Positions 12,471 through 24,444 of a stretch of DNA of 64,000 nucleotides are shown piece after piece. The stretch is from assembly GCA_973895155.1 (NCBI GenBank), contig OZ316893.1, positions 15,902,645 through 15,966,644 of the forward strand. Direction: 5' to 3'. Positions within the stretch are counted from its first letter, which is position 1; each line of letters opens with the position of its first letter. The notes below the pieces were generated by a model. That model was not told the origin of the DNA. It saw only the letters and a program-made list of their open reading frames with translations, and searched no databases. The translations under genes were made by a program, and so were the position numbers. This DNA comes from Marsupella aquatica (lineage: Eukaryota; Plantae; Marchantiophyta).

Positions 12471-15400
12471 GTGTCAATATTCCTTTTCAAGATGTTTGCA
12501 AAGCACTAGTACAAGTGCTTGCACGGGAAGTAGGCTCTTCCCATAGACTCCCTGTACATGAAATCCTTGCAGGAGCAACTTGGGAAGACACATATCTGTA
12601 CGCAATGTATTGAAGTTTGGCCCCTGCAAGTGTTGTTCACCATGAGCCTCACGCCTGTAGCATTCCCTATTTTGATTCTCCTCATTGATGTGCACACAAT
12701 TGCCTCGGTCCTAGCATTACAGATACGTGTGGCAGCGTACTTGGAGGTGTCTGACCTCCTTCGCCTTGCCTGGCCATTGTGTCGAGTACCACGCTCATCA
12801 GGCATTGTAGGATCTATCTATTCTGGGTATGTGTTCAAATCCATTATGATGTCAGCAGCACTCACCAATTCATTCATAACATCTTCACCAAAAATGACGT
12901 CCACTCCATTGTTGTGCAAGAACAGGACCTCTTCTTCTGTAAGATTAGTTCCACGAGAGACAGGAAACTTTGAAGGCAGTGGTGGTAAAACACTTGTAAT
13001 AAATGGCAAAGATGATTTTGTGCAACACTGGTTGTTTGGGCAAAACCAATACGGATATGGAACACCTGGTTCGTTAAATTTACTCCCAGCCAGCCAACAG
13101 ATACCGACAATGCCTAATCCGCTTACTTTTAGTCCTGCCTCTCTAATAAATTGAGCACATACTCCCTGTTCCTTGCCTTTGAATGCACCTCGACAATCGG
13201 GACTCTTACCAATCATTGAGATGCGAGCCAAAAAGAACATGCCTGGAACCAAATCACTTTCCTGAACACGTCTTCTCACGGGCTCCGGACGTGGTGTTGA
13301 CCTCGTCTTTCGGGGTTCCACAATGACAACATCTGGTTTGCCCGAGCCACGAGAGCCATCGGACGACAGATCCACAACTTCAACATCCTGGCTTTTCAAG
13401 TTTGCGTCCCTATTTGCAATCCCCTTGAACTTCCTCTTCTTTGGTCTGGTTACCAAAACAATGTCAGGCTGGTGGGAATCTTCTACTACAACATGATGGC
13501 CAGCAGCGGCCTTCCCGGGTTTCATCATAACCATTTCTACATCTCCGCTAAGTGGGTCCGTGGATGAGAACTCACGCAAGTGTGGTTGAGTTACAGTGGT
13601 GTTCAATTTTGGAAAGAAAGATTCTGCATTCCCAATGGCAGTAGCATCTCAAAGTCAAAGTTCAAACAAGCTCGGTGCCCGTCCTTTCCTCCCACTGAGT
13701 TTGTAGTTCTTCAAAGCTCCATTCTGGCTCAACGCGCGAGATGCATCCAGGGTACAAGATTGTACTAACCCAACCTTTGTACTAGATGAGGATTTACACA
13801 TAGATGCGTGTACCAACTCTACCCCGCTGTGGTTAGGCATGAGTGCTGCCTTTTCTCTGTCCATCTCCTACAATATTGTTCCAGAAAACATATCAATTTT
13901 GGTCATTTTTATGTTCTAGGCAACAGACAAAATAGGTGTACCAGAGCATATCTCGGAGAGCTTCGCCGAGATCCGACGTGTTGACGGATATCATGCATAG
14001 AGAGGGAAAGTGTTAAAACACTTACGAGTCTCAAAAAGTTTCCCCACTAAGAAAATCAAACAATCCACCAAGACATCCACGTGGTGAGCTCCTTTGCTTT
14101 TCCTGGTAGCGCATTGCCCTCATTCCACCACGTTTTCAGCTTCTCAAAAACTCGATAGGCAAGAACTATATTACCGACGTGCCAAAGTGAATCCAACAAT
14201 TCTTTATGCTCAAATCTCTTACTTGGGACAATGTGCTTTTGCATTCTCTATATTGATTGGGCCCAGTGAAATGCATCAGACCTCTCTTTATGGGAATTTA
14301 CCTTTCCATCCCAAAATTTAATGCGGATCGCATTCCACCCAGCAGCAGCATTATCAGCCATAAATCCACAGAATTGCACATTCTTCAGCCCATGTTCTTC
14401 ACATACCCTCCTCATGACCTTCCATGCAGTTTGCAATGACTTGTTGTCTTCTGAAACTAGCTCACAGACAAAGATTGTGCATAAGCCTCGATAGAAATGG
14501 TCATATACGTGTGCATACATAGTGCACCATCTATTGTCAAGTATGCGGTGCATGACATCAGACATCACCCAAGAATGCTCAAGATCCCCTCCTTGCTGCA
14601 TTCTTCAAACAAGGTCCACTCCTGACCCAGGACTTTCTGTACTCATTTTAAAAATGTGCGGCCGCTCATTTGTTCCCACGTTCTGGGCTGGGAACAAAAC
14701 ACTTTGGATAAAAGGAAATGCAGTCTGCTTCCGCATCTCTAGTATCATGCTTACATTAGACAACACATGAGAGTATCTCTTGATGCTCCTGATCATCAAG
14801 CGGAAAACAGATTCGTCGCCCAGAATGGCCAACATTTCATCAAGGTCGTTTGCCTCCTCAGTGGTGGCCATCTCAGCCATTGGGTCCTCAAAAATATCTT
14901 TAAGTTTCTGTATTGCTTCGACCTTGATCACAGACGGCCGTGCAGTAGGACTCCTCTTCAGTTCCTCCTCCACGAGATTACGCACAAGTGATCGTTGATC
15001 TTTGTTGTGCGTGAACATTGCGGGATGGGTGTGATTTCCAACATGCATGGCAACACGAGACTTGTGACAGTAATTAAGGTCGTCCTTGGTTGGAGTGATG
15101 TAGTACATCTCACTTGGGCATCCAACTATACACCTAGGAGGCCTCCTGCAGAAGCTACAAATTACACTTGATGGGGGAACGTCGCATCCAACAGGGAAAG
15201 GCAGCTCATTTGTGCCTGCTCGATCTCAGGTCCACTTTGCAGAATTGTGCTCTTTGCGCTCTTCAAAATTCTCACAATCCCTATGCATACAATGCAAAGA
15301 ACCCAAACACTTCACAGTTTGGATCTTGTAAGAGTGACTGTTGTTGTTTAGCTTTGGGCCGATATTTGCTCCTGTCTCAATCAACCTGCTCCACATGTAA

Positions 15401-16679
15401 CAATCATTCTTTCGCTCCATGCCCAAAAAGAAACACCCCTTCGAGTATGGACCTGTAAAAGGTGGCAACTCAAAAACATGGTCTCCATCATACACTTCTG
15501 GTAATCGTTGAACTCTCTCCGGAAATTTTGTGCTCAAAATCTTAGAAGCAGCTTGTACACATCGAGAGGTCCCTTTCCCGTGTAGCATGGCATGAACAAC
15601 ACTGACAAGGAACTCATCCTTCCATACTGAATTGCCTTCTCGAAGACCCTCTCTGAGAAGGAATGCCTTTGATCGAGGTGTCTCCTTTGGTGGAGTATAA
15701 AGCAACTCCTCGATCCTCCCAAAATTGGGATGATGTAGACTCGGGTGTATTCGTTCGAGAAGGTTCACCATCTTGAAGACCCCCTCTGAGATTGAATGCA
15801 CTTGATCGAGATTTCTCTTTCACTGGTGTATCACCATCTCCAAGATCCTCCCACATTTGGAATGAATTGGACCCAGGTGTACTTGTCCGAGGAGGTTCCC
15901 CATCTCGAAGACCCCCTCTGAGATTGAATGCACTTGATCAAGGTTTCTCTTTCATTGGTGTATCACCATCTCCAAGATCCTCCCACATTTGAAATGAATT
16001 GGACCCAGGTGTACTTGTCCAAGGAGGTTCACCATCTCGAAGACCCCCTTTGAGATTGAATGCACTTGATCGATCTCCTTCATTAGTGTATCCACATCTC
16101 CAACATCTTCCCACATATGGAATGAATTTGACCAAGGTGTACTCAATCAAGAAGGTTCACCATGTCGAAGACCCCCTCTGAGATTGATTGCGCTGGGTCG
16201 AGGTGTCTCCTTCACTAGCTCATCTGCCTCTCCAACATCCTACCACACTGGCGACAAATTTGAGTGGGGTCTACCAACTCGGTGAATGTCCTCCCAAAAT
16301 TGGGACGATTTCTGACGCGGTGTATTGTTCCATAATTCACCCGGTTCTTGGAGTGCGCAAAATCTCCAAGACCCTCACTAACATTGCATGAACTTGCTTT
16401 CTTTTTGCAAATAGTATAGGACACGCCACATTTCAGATACCACTCTCACTCATCTCCATCGCCTTTGGATTCAGCAAAAGTGGACAACCCATCTTCTCTC
16501 TCCTCGTAAATCATAAAATCCCCTACCTTCAAACCAAATCGGCTTGCTACTTCATGCTCCTTAGTGACTCAAACACTGTCTCCCTCAATCTGACGAAAAA
16601 CAACAACATCCCCGGTTACTGATTGGATTATCACAAGAGAAGCCATGTGTCCCAAATCCACACTGGGAATGTTAGTCAT
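12395..16679 (-). pseudogene. MULE-1 transposase: GCM-like Zn finger, DDE catalytic domain and SWIM finger; decayed, one intron ~13870-14025
   Basis: KCLGSLHC..C / CSFC..C..HVGNHTHP; VMSDVMH (D1), FMADNA (D2), DAFHWAQS (CxxH-equivalent), GVELVHASM (E); SWIM CSCKDF...CKHL; homologous to the MULE-3 transposase. Confidence 0.85.
15740..16200. repeat. 132-bp (44-codon) tandem repeat, ~3.5 copies, inside the transposase N-terminal region
   Basis: AGGTTC(A)CCATC..GAAGACCCC at 15761, 15893, 16025, 16153. Confidence 0.9.
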
Positions 16680-17084
16680 CAGACGTTATTGTCTTGGTAC
16701 CACTTTATGCCAATAATACCGCACTTTCAGGCTTAGAACTTGGGTGGTACATCAGACGTTAAAGTACCCGTACTTTACGCCAAGAATACCGTTCCGGACA
16801 ACATGCGTACCATATAACAATCGTAGAATCCGGAGCGTACATATAACAACTGTACCACAAAGAAGGTACCTATTTGCTAGCAGCCGCCAAGAAGGTACAG
16901 ATTCTGCACATGTACAAGGTACATATTTGCCAGCAACTGCAAAGTAGGTACATGCAAACTCTGTGGATGTAGTACATTCTCCAAGATTCCGTCTGGCCTT
17001 GCCTAAAACATTTCTTCTTCTTTCGTCGTGTGGCTTATCCCCTCTGCAAAAATGCCTGACTTGAAGGATGAATAAATAGCCTTT

Positions 17085-17750
17085 CGATTTCCTACTCGGC
17101 GAGGGTCTCTGACATGCGATCGCGCTACCTGGCAAGCCTCTTTGTGGTGGATTAGGGACTTCCTCGGTCGTTGAGTGTCATTTACTTTTCATCCCAAGTC
17201 ATTCTCGACGGGGGCTTCAAGATTCTGAGATGGATTCTCATAGACTTTTATCTAGAATCCTACTCGGCGAGGGTCTCTGACATGCAGTCGCGCTATTTGG
17301 CAAGCCTCTCTGTGGTGGATTAGGGACTTCCTTGGTCGCTGAGTGTCATTTACTTTTCATCCCAAGTCATTCTCAGCGGGGGTCTCCGAGATTTTGAGAT
17401 GGATTCTCATAGACTTTTACCTAGAATCCTACTCGGCGAGGGTCTCTGACATGCGGTCACGCTATCTGGCGAGCCTCTCTATGGTGGATTAGGGACTTCC
17501 TTGGTCGCTGAGTGTCATTTACTTTTCATCCCAAGTCATTCTTGGCGGGGGTCTCCAAGATTTTGAGATGGATTCTCATAGATTTTTACCTAGAATCCTA
17601 CTCGGCGAGGGTCTCTGACATGCAGTCGCGCTATCTGACGAGCCTCTCTATGGTGGATTAGGGACACTTGCGGCCCACATAACACTTCCTCACTCGAAGT
17701 GTCATTTAGTTTCCACCCTAAATTATTCTTGGCGGGGGTCTCTGAAATGG
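17085..17750. repeat. ~169-bp tandem repeat, ~4 copies, between the divergent genes of MULE-1
   Basis: CCTACTCGGCGAGGGTCTCTGACATGC at 17091, 17259, 17428, 17597. Confidence 0.92.
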
Positions 17751-17912
17751 ATCGGGTCATTTGGGCAACAGTATTTGTACTCGGCGAGCCTCTCTGAGAT
17801 GGTAGATTTGTACGGACACGCGATCCGTATAGAATTACATTGTAAAAACATTGAAAAGTATTGTACGGTCAGTTTTTGCATGCACTTTTGGGTTCATCCT
17901 TGTATTTTGGCA

Positions 17913-18540
17913 AGGGTCTCTGACATCGAATGTGGGATAGAACCAATTTGGGTCCTTCCTTTGAAACGGAATACCCTTAATTTCATCTCGGAGAGGGTCT
18001 CTGAGAGACACAGTGTATGTTGTAGCTAACCCTTTGAAACTGTTAACAGGGTCCACAAGTGGTGTCATCTGGCCAAAGTACGCCCACGACTCCATCTCAG
18101 AGAGGGTCTCCGAGAGGCTGGGTCTCATTTGACGACCTTTCTGACCCAATAGGCAATCTGGGAGAACTGCTCTCTGGCCACTTGGGGCACACGGCTCCAT
18201 CTCAGAGAGGTCTCCGAGCGATTGGGTTGCAATCTCACTTCCCTTTCCACCCAAGACGCGATTGACAATTTTTGCCATCTAGCCGTTCGGGCCACACCAC
18301 TCCATCTTAGAGAGGGTCTCTGACATCGAATGTGGGATAGAACCAATTTGGGTCCTTCCTTTGAAACGGAATACCCTTAATTTCATCTCGAAGAGGGTCT
18401 CTGAGAGACATAGTGTATGTTGTAGCTAACCCTTTGAAACTGTTAACAGGGTCCACAAGTGGTGTCATTTGGCCAAAGTACGCCCATGACTCCATCTCAG
18501 AGAGGGTCTCCAAGAGGCTGGCAACCTTTTTGACCCAAGA
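17913..18540. repeat. ~210-bp direct duplication with 400-bp spacing
   Basis: AGGGTCTCTGACATCGAATGTGGGATAGAACC... at 17913 and 18313. Confidence 0.9.
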
Positions 18541-18881
18541 GGCGTATTTTTCTATCGTGAAGTTCACTAGAGTGTTGGACTTTTTTCTAATTCTCATATT
18601 TTACCCTAAACCCTAAACCCTAAACATAATTGGCCGCCTTTATTAAGTCTCCTCCAACAAACCCTCCTTGATCTTGTTGACTTGTGCTCTTCCCCCTTCT
18701 CTTAACCCCAATTTCCTCTTTTAGTTAAGCCACCCAAATAATAATGCATGTGGGCAACCATTTCCTCTTTGAGCTGACGCACTGAGATGTTGACACGCCT
18801 CAGTAGGCCTTGGAATGAAATGACGGCGAGGGTCTCCTACATTCGGACTCATTTGAGTTGTAGGCCAAAGTCCCTAATTGT

Positions 18882-19159
18882 GGGTATGGCACGCGTGACA
18901 GTAAACAATAAACAGGTTTACTGGTACCAGGAAAATTTTTCCTGTTACCAGCAAAAAGGTACTGTTACCAGGAAAAATAACCATGTCAAAATATTTTCTA
19001 AAAAGTCTCATTTTCCAAAAAAATCTAAGTTACAACATTTTTTGGCTATTTTAAAAAAAAATTCAAAAAAAATTACCATTCATTTTCCTGTTATCAGTTT
19101 CTGTTTTCTGTTACTGTTTTCTGTTACTGTTTGCTGTTTCCTGTCGTTTGTAAATACCC
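18882..19159. mobile_element. 278-bp non-autonomous MULE-type MITE
   Basis: 9-bp TSD CCTAATTGT (18873-18881, 19160-19168); termini GGGTAT...ATACCC; inverted GACAGTAAACAATAAACAG / CTGTTTGCTGTTTCCTGTC. Confidence 0.8.
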
Positions 19160-19931
19160 CCTAATTGTACCCTAAATGTACTCTAAACTCTCTCGTACTA
19201 GTGGTGGTCAGTACTCGAGTTAGCATTGTGTACTTTCTTGTTTGGGCCGTTAATAACATGTACGTATCAAAGTATAGTTGGGATCTCCCATATCTATTGC
19301 GTACTTTAGTGTTGTGCAGTACGTGCGATCGGTACGTTATTCCTTGAAGTGGATGTCGTTCCTTCCTCGTCACTCTTCCACGGTGTGACCTTAGGTTTGG
19401 CGCTCGTCTTTATCACTAATCCCCGGACCTTCTCACTCTGCCTCACTCTTTTGCGCAATCCCTTACTCGTTTGCGCTCTAATCCGTGCTCTTCCTCAATC
19501 TTCGCATATTGGTCTGTGCAATCTCTCACTTCTCCGCGCTCACATCCGCGTTGTTCCTGCTCTTCTTCAGTCGTCCCACTCACGGTAAACTCTCTTGTGC
19601 AACCCTGTTATCGTGTCTACTGGATTGCGTTGGTGTTTTGAGGCAGTGAGCTAGTGGTAGCTTCTCCGTGAACGTTTGTGGCAACATTTTTTTGTGAGCA
19701 TTTGCGACAGTGATTTTCCATGAGCGTTGGTGATTCTCTCAGGTTTTTCTCTTGGCTCCCCCTTTTTCTTCATATGTCAAATCCATTTGTAGATGAATCA
19801 AATGTGTGAGAGGCTGGACCCCGTGTATCCTTGAAAACTGGCTCTCGGGGCGGGGCTCGTTGAGATCTTGTCATAGGTCGAGCTATTGCCGAGTAATAAC
19901 TCTTTCATTTCTCATGTAATCTAAGGTCAAA

Positions 19932-22900
19932 ATGCCAAAGAGGAAAGACTCGACTGGAGCTGGACCTGCCGACAGCCAAACTTCTCAGCGGAGTAAGAAA
20001 CCACGATCCAAGTCTCCTTTGCCAGTCACGTCTTGACTGACGCGCTCACAGGGTGGTCCACTTATGGAGTCAGTCGACTCCAGGAGGAAGTTTGAGCCAA
20101 GCAGATATCATTTGAGCCTATTGGAGCGGCGGAATTGGCTGATATTGCTGAGAAGGGAGCCTGGGAGTCTATTGTCTCCAAGTATGAGACAAAGTTTAGT
20201 AAGGATCCGCCCCGGATCCCCTTGTGCGGGCTCATGCCAATGGAGGCAATGAGGAATCTTCAGGATGAGTCGGTTGCAAAATTTTAAAAAGGATTCAAAG
20301 AGAGCGGCTATGTTGTGAAGCTCAGCGAGTTCCACATTACTGAGTTCAATGAAATTGGAGAAACGCAGATAGTGACAGACTTCAAGCCATTTTGGGACCC
20401 TCTATGGACTCAGTTCAAAGAATAGTTTGAGCAAGAGTGCGATGCATCAGAGGAGTTCAAAGTCCTTAAGGACAAGATGTTTTGGGTTTTTGATGGAAAC
20501 CACAGATACACAGCCTGGTCCGCACTTGCTTCTGAGTATCCGGATCAATTGCAATACCATCCGTGCGTCAGATTCTCTCTTTTGAATGCTGGGAAGGACG
20601 GATTCAAGAAGGTTGAGCAAGCAATGCACGCTCTCAACTCGTAAGTACTCTCATTTGCGTCTTTTTGCAAAATGTGATTACCCGTTTGTGTAAACCTTGT
20701 GTGCCATCTTGGAGAGCCTCTCTGAAATTGCCGCTATGAGTACTGTTTGTCATTTTCAGGATAAGTGCGACTGTCGTGAAGACGTCCTGGTTTAATGATG
20801 CTGATCGGGTTGCAAAGCTATTGAACACTCCATTGGAGGAGTACAGTTCGCTCATGTCAAAGGAGACAATGGAGGCTTTCATGAAGGCCCAAAATTGAGG
20901 ACATGGGAAGACTTGGTACTCAAAGAATATGACAAAAGAAGCCGTTGTGTACATCATGTCTTGGTCAAACATTGAAGCGGGATGAATCAATATCTCCAAG
21001 GAGATGGCACAAGACGCAGCTCGTGGGCACCCGTGGAGTGTGAAGAGAACTGAGGAGGAGACGGAGGCAATGATTATTGTTGCATGCAAGGCCTGGGACA
21101 ACAAGTTCCCCAAGCTTGCGGCTTGCGTGAATCCGGCCAATGGAGACCAGTTCATGCCGGTATGTCGGCAACTGTATCACATGTTGTCAAAGGACGCCAA
21201 GCAGGGTGTGATGAATGTACAGGTTGGCTTGGACAGGGTCCGCTTGTTTGCTGGGGCTTGGGTAACTGCAGAGTGCAGAGTAAAGCTATTGAAAGCTCAT
21301 TTTGGAATGGAGGAGAAGAGTATGTATCACCATCCACATAGCAATGGTGATGCTGCAATTAGATCTTGGTTAGCGGTCTGGTCAATGTGGTGTTACATTG
21401 ACCACGTTGGTTGTGTGATTTTGACCGATTTTGCTGCAAAGGCCTACCAAAGACAGATGTACCGTGAGTTTTCCGAGACAAAGGAGGAATTTGCAGAGCT
21501 ATACAGAAGGCTTTATCAAGCTTATGTGCAAGAGAAATCACTGAAACTAGGCGGGGAAATTTGGATTGACGGAAAGGCCATGGTCCTGTTAAAAGAATTG
21601 TGGAAAAAGTGAACAAAGAGGTGCGTGACAAGATTTCTAATCAATCAGGAGAACATGAATGCATCCGTATTGAAAGAGCTGCCATGGGCACTCACATCTT
21701 GGATGGAGCCGAAAGGGAGCCTTAGCATGTATCCATGTGATGGCCAAATTCCTAATGGCAGAGTAGTCTGCGATTGGGAACGTCAAAACTGCCCATGGTA
21801 TATGGAATACCGTGACTGGAATACTTTTATCGATGACGCTGAGAAGGAGTGTGCAATGAAGCCGAAGGACCAACAGGAGCCTACAAATTACTACGATATA
21901 TCCAAGTTGCGACAATTGACGGACTCTATGCCCCAGGCAATAGCGTTTGAGGCCATAATCCCAATGGACCCAGTCTATGATGGGAAAAAGGCCCGAAAGG
22001 AAGGAGGCAAGAAGAAGGTCGACAAGGAACAATCTGCCAAGGCCAGTCAGTCAGATTCTATAAGCACTCCAACAAAGTCCCCATCAGGTATTACTCAATT
22101 CCTTTCGAATCAGGTGGTGGCTTGCATTGGAAAAAACCTTGGCTGGGGTTGGTGACATAACACCGAAGGTATGAGGGTCTCATCTCGGTGAGGGTGGATG
22201 ACTTAGAGCGTCTTTGAAATCCAGACCCTGGCCCTATATTTACTTGGCGAGGCTCGCGGAGATTAAGTATCCGGTCCAGTCCAGATGTCGGCGAGGCTCT
22301 CCGAGATTAAGTGTCTGGTCCAGTCCAGATGTTGGCAAGGCTCTCCAAGATTAAGTGTCTGGTCCAGTCCAGATGTCGGCAAGGCTCTCCGAGATTAAGT
22401 ATCTAGTCCAGTCCAGATGTCGGCAAGGCTCTCCGAGATTAAGTGTCTGGTCCAGTCCAGATGTTGGCGAGGCTCGCCGAGATGAAGTATTAGTTGAGTA
22501 ATAAGTTGCTTGCATATAATGAACCCAATCTTGACGAGGCTTGCCGAGATGCAATTGCCATCATGAAGCTCATCAATTTGCATCCTATGCAGGTCATGCA
22601 GAGATCCAAACGGAACTTGGTTCTATCAAGAGCAAGGGTGTAGAGCCGGCTACAAAGGCAGCAGTTGAGGATGGTCCAGGGGTTTCACAGGGTCGAGCGC
22701 ACAAGAATAAACAACCAATAGTTGAGTTGGGTCCAGACGAGGCTCCACTGCAAGAATTTGACTTGCCTCCGCATGAGGCTCCTGAAGTACAAGATGAATT
22801 GGTTGACGAGCAGCAAGGTGAGGATGATGTGGGTGAGCGAGAGGAAAAGGAGCAAGAGGAAGAGGACAAAGGACAATCCGGAGACAAAGGGCGCTTGTCT

Positions 22901-24239
22901 GATATCTCTCCGGTGCCTTACCGGCCACCATTACTGTCACGGCAAAAGGAAAAGGCCTTAAAAAGAAAGCAAACTAGGCGATCCAGAGCTCCCAAAGGGA
23001 GCCCAAGCAAAGCACGTGACAAGGAATTTCCTCCTCTTCCTTCCCCCACTGAGTCGCCTCCCCCACCCGACACTGGAGAGGTTCCGTCCACAACCATCCA
23101 ACCTGACCCCACATTGGAAAATGAGGAGGATGAAGAGGCCCTTGGAGAAGAGGATAATACAAAGTTGGAAGGAGTAAGGCGTCCTTATGCCAATACCATG
23201 TCTTCCCAGAGCAAACATATGTATTTTAGGTGGTCTCCAAATCTATTTACAACTTTTTTTGATGCGGCTAAAGAAGGTACCGAACCCCCTGTAGTTAGTA
23301 AATTGATCTCATGGTGCAAAAAGCTATTGCGGGAAGGTTTGCGTCAAAATGCCTAGAGAAAAGGGGGGAAGCGAGTGAAGACTGGTGCAGATTTAATTCT
23401 GATACATATGGGAACAGACACGCGTATGGTCGACGGTAAGTCCACCCCGTTGTGGAATTCGTTCCGGGAGGACGACTTGAACCGGGTTCAGGAGTTTGCT
23501 TGAGATGTCCTTGATTCCGAAGGACTGTTTGCCATCGTGCACAATGGTTTGCTTTGGCACTCAACTTGCATTTATGATGCATTAGTTTACGAGAATACCA
23601 ACTAGGGGTTGAAAGAAAGCTTCTTTATCTGGAACGACACACCCACCTACAATGGTAGGACTGGGAAGCAAGTAAGTCCCATCAATTACCTACTTCTTCG
23701 TTTATTTTTTATTCCAATGACTTACTATCCTAAACTGAGGAAGTCTGACCTCTGAATATGTCTGGCCGATCCAGAGCGAATATCTCAAGCTAGACCTATG
23801 GGGGTTTCAATCTGCTGTGGAGATATGCCCAAAGGACGATGTGGCACCAATTAGTGCAGAGCTCAATATGAAGAGTAGGAATGGGCTAACAAACTATACA
23901 TCCAAGAAGAATCAGGTTAACGATCCTTTTGCGGGCACATTGTTGCCAGCAACGCTCCAATGTATCATCAAATATACAACACACCCTGGGGCAACTATCC
24001 TCACTTTCAACGCACAGTTTGGGGCAATATTCAAGGTGGGTGAAAATTGCGGGCGGATGGTGTTTGGGACTGAATCTTATCCTCACTTCGGAACTTGTGC
24101 GCAAGACCAACTGGCACAACTGGTTGGAGTGATCTCCCCGGAGGAGGAAGAGGTGGTCCGTTCAAAAGCCAATCCAGAAAAGCGCAAGAAGACAAAGCCG
24201 GCAGTACTCCCAACAACATGTAAGTTTTCTGGCGTTTGA
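19932..24239 (+). pseudogene. ParB/Srx-like plus DNA-methyltransferase-like fusion gene, copy 1 (spliced, decayed)
   Basis: DKMFWVFDGNHRYTAW at ~20470-20520; acidic/Pro linker; ADLILIHMGT...DVLDSEGLFAIVH (~23385-23545); LQCIIKYTTHPGATILTFNAQFG...GRMVFGTE (23950-24075); homologous to copies 2 and 3. Confidence 0.7.
22245..22485. repeat. 44-bp tandem repeat, ~5 copies, in an intron of the ParB-MTase-like gene
   Basis: GATTAAGTGTCTGGTCCAGTCCAGATGTCGGCGAGGCTCTCCGA units at 22261, 22305, 22349... Confidence 0.92.
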
Positions 24240-24444
24240 CGTTGTTCATTTCATATTTGCTTGCTTGTCGCAATGGTTGACAATAGAGGGATACAAGTCA
24301 GCGGCCTCGCCGATATGTATGCATGTCGGCTGACCTTGCTAACATTCATAGTGTTTGGCCTCCTCTACAAGCAAGGGCAAGTCCTAACTTGAGATGCATC
24401 TTGGCGGACCTCGCCAAGATTCATTCCTCTACATGCAACTCAGG

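Noticed and set aside
11280-18625. CCCTAAA runs as a true or interstitial telomere
   Set aside because: Only 2-3 units each, embedded in TE repeats
22245-22485. 44-bp repeats as CRISPR or coding repeat
   Set aside because: Units are contiguous and near-identical and lie in an apparent intron
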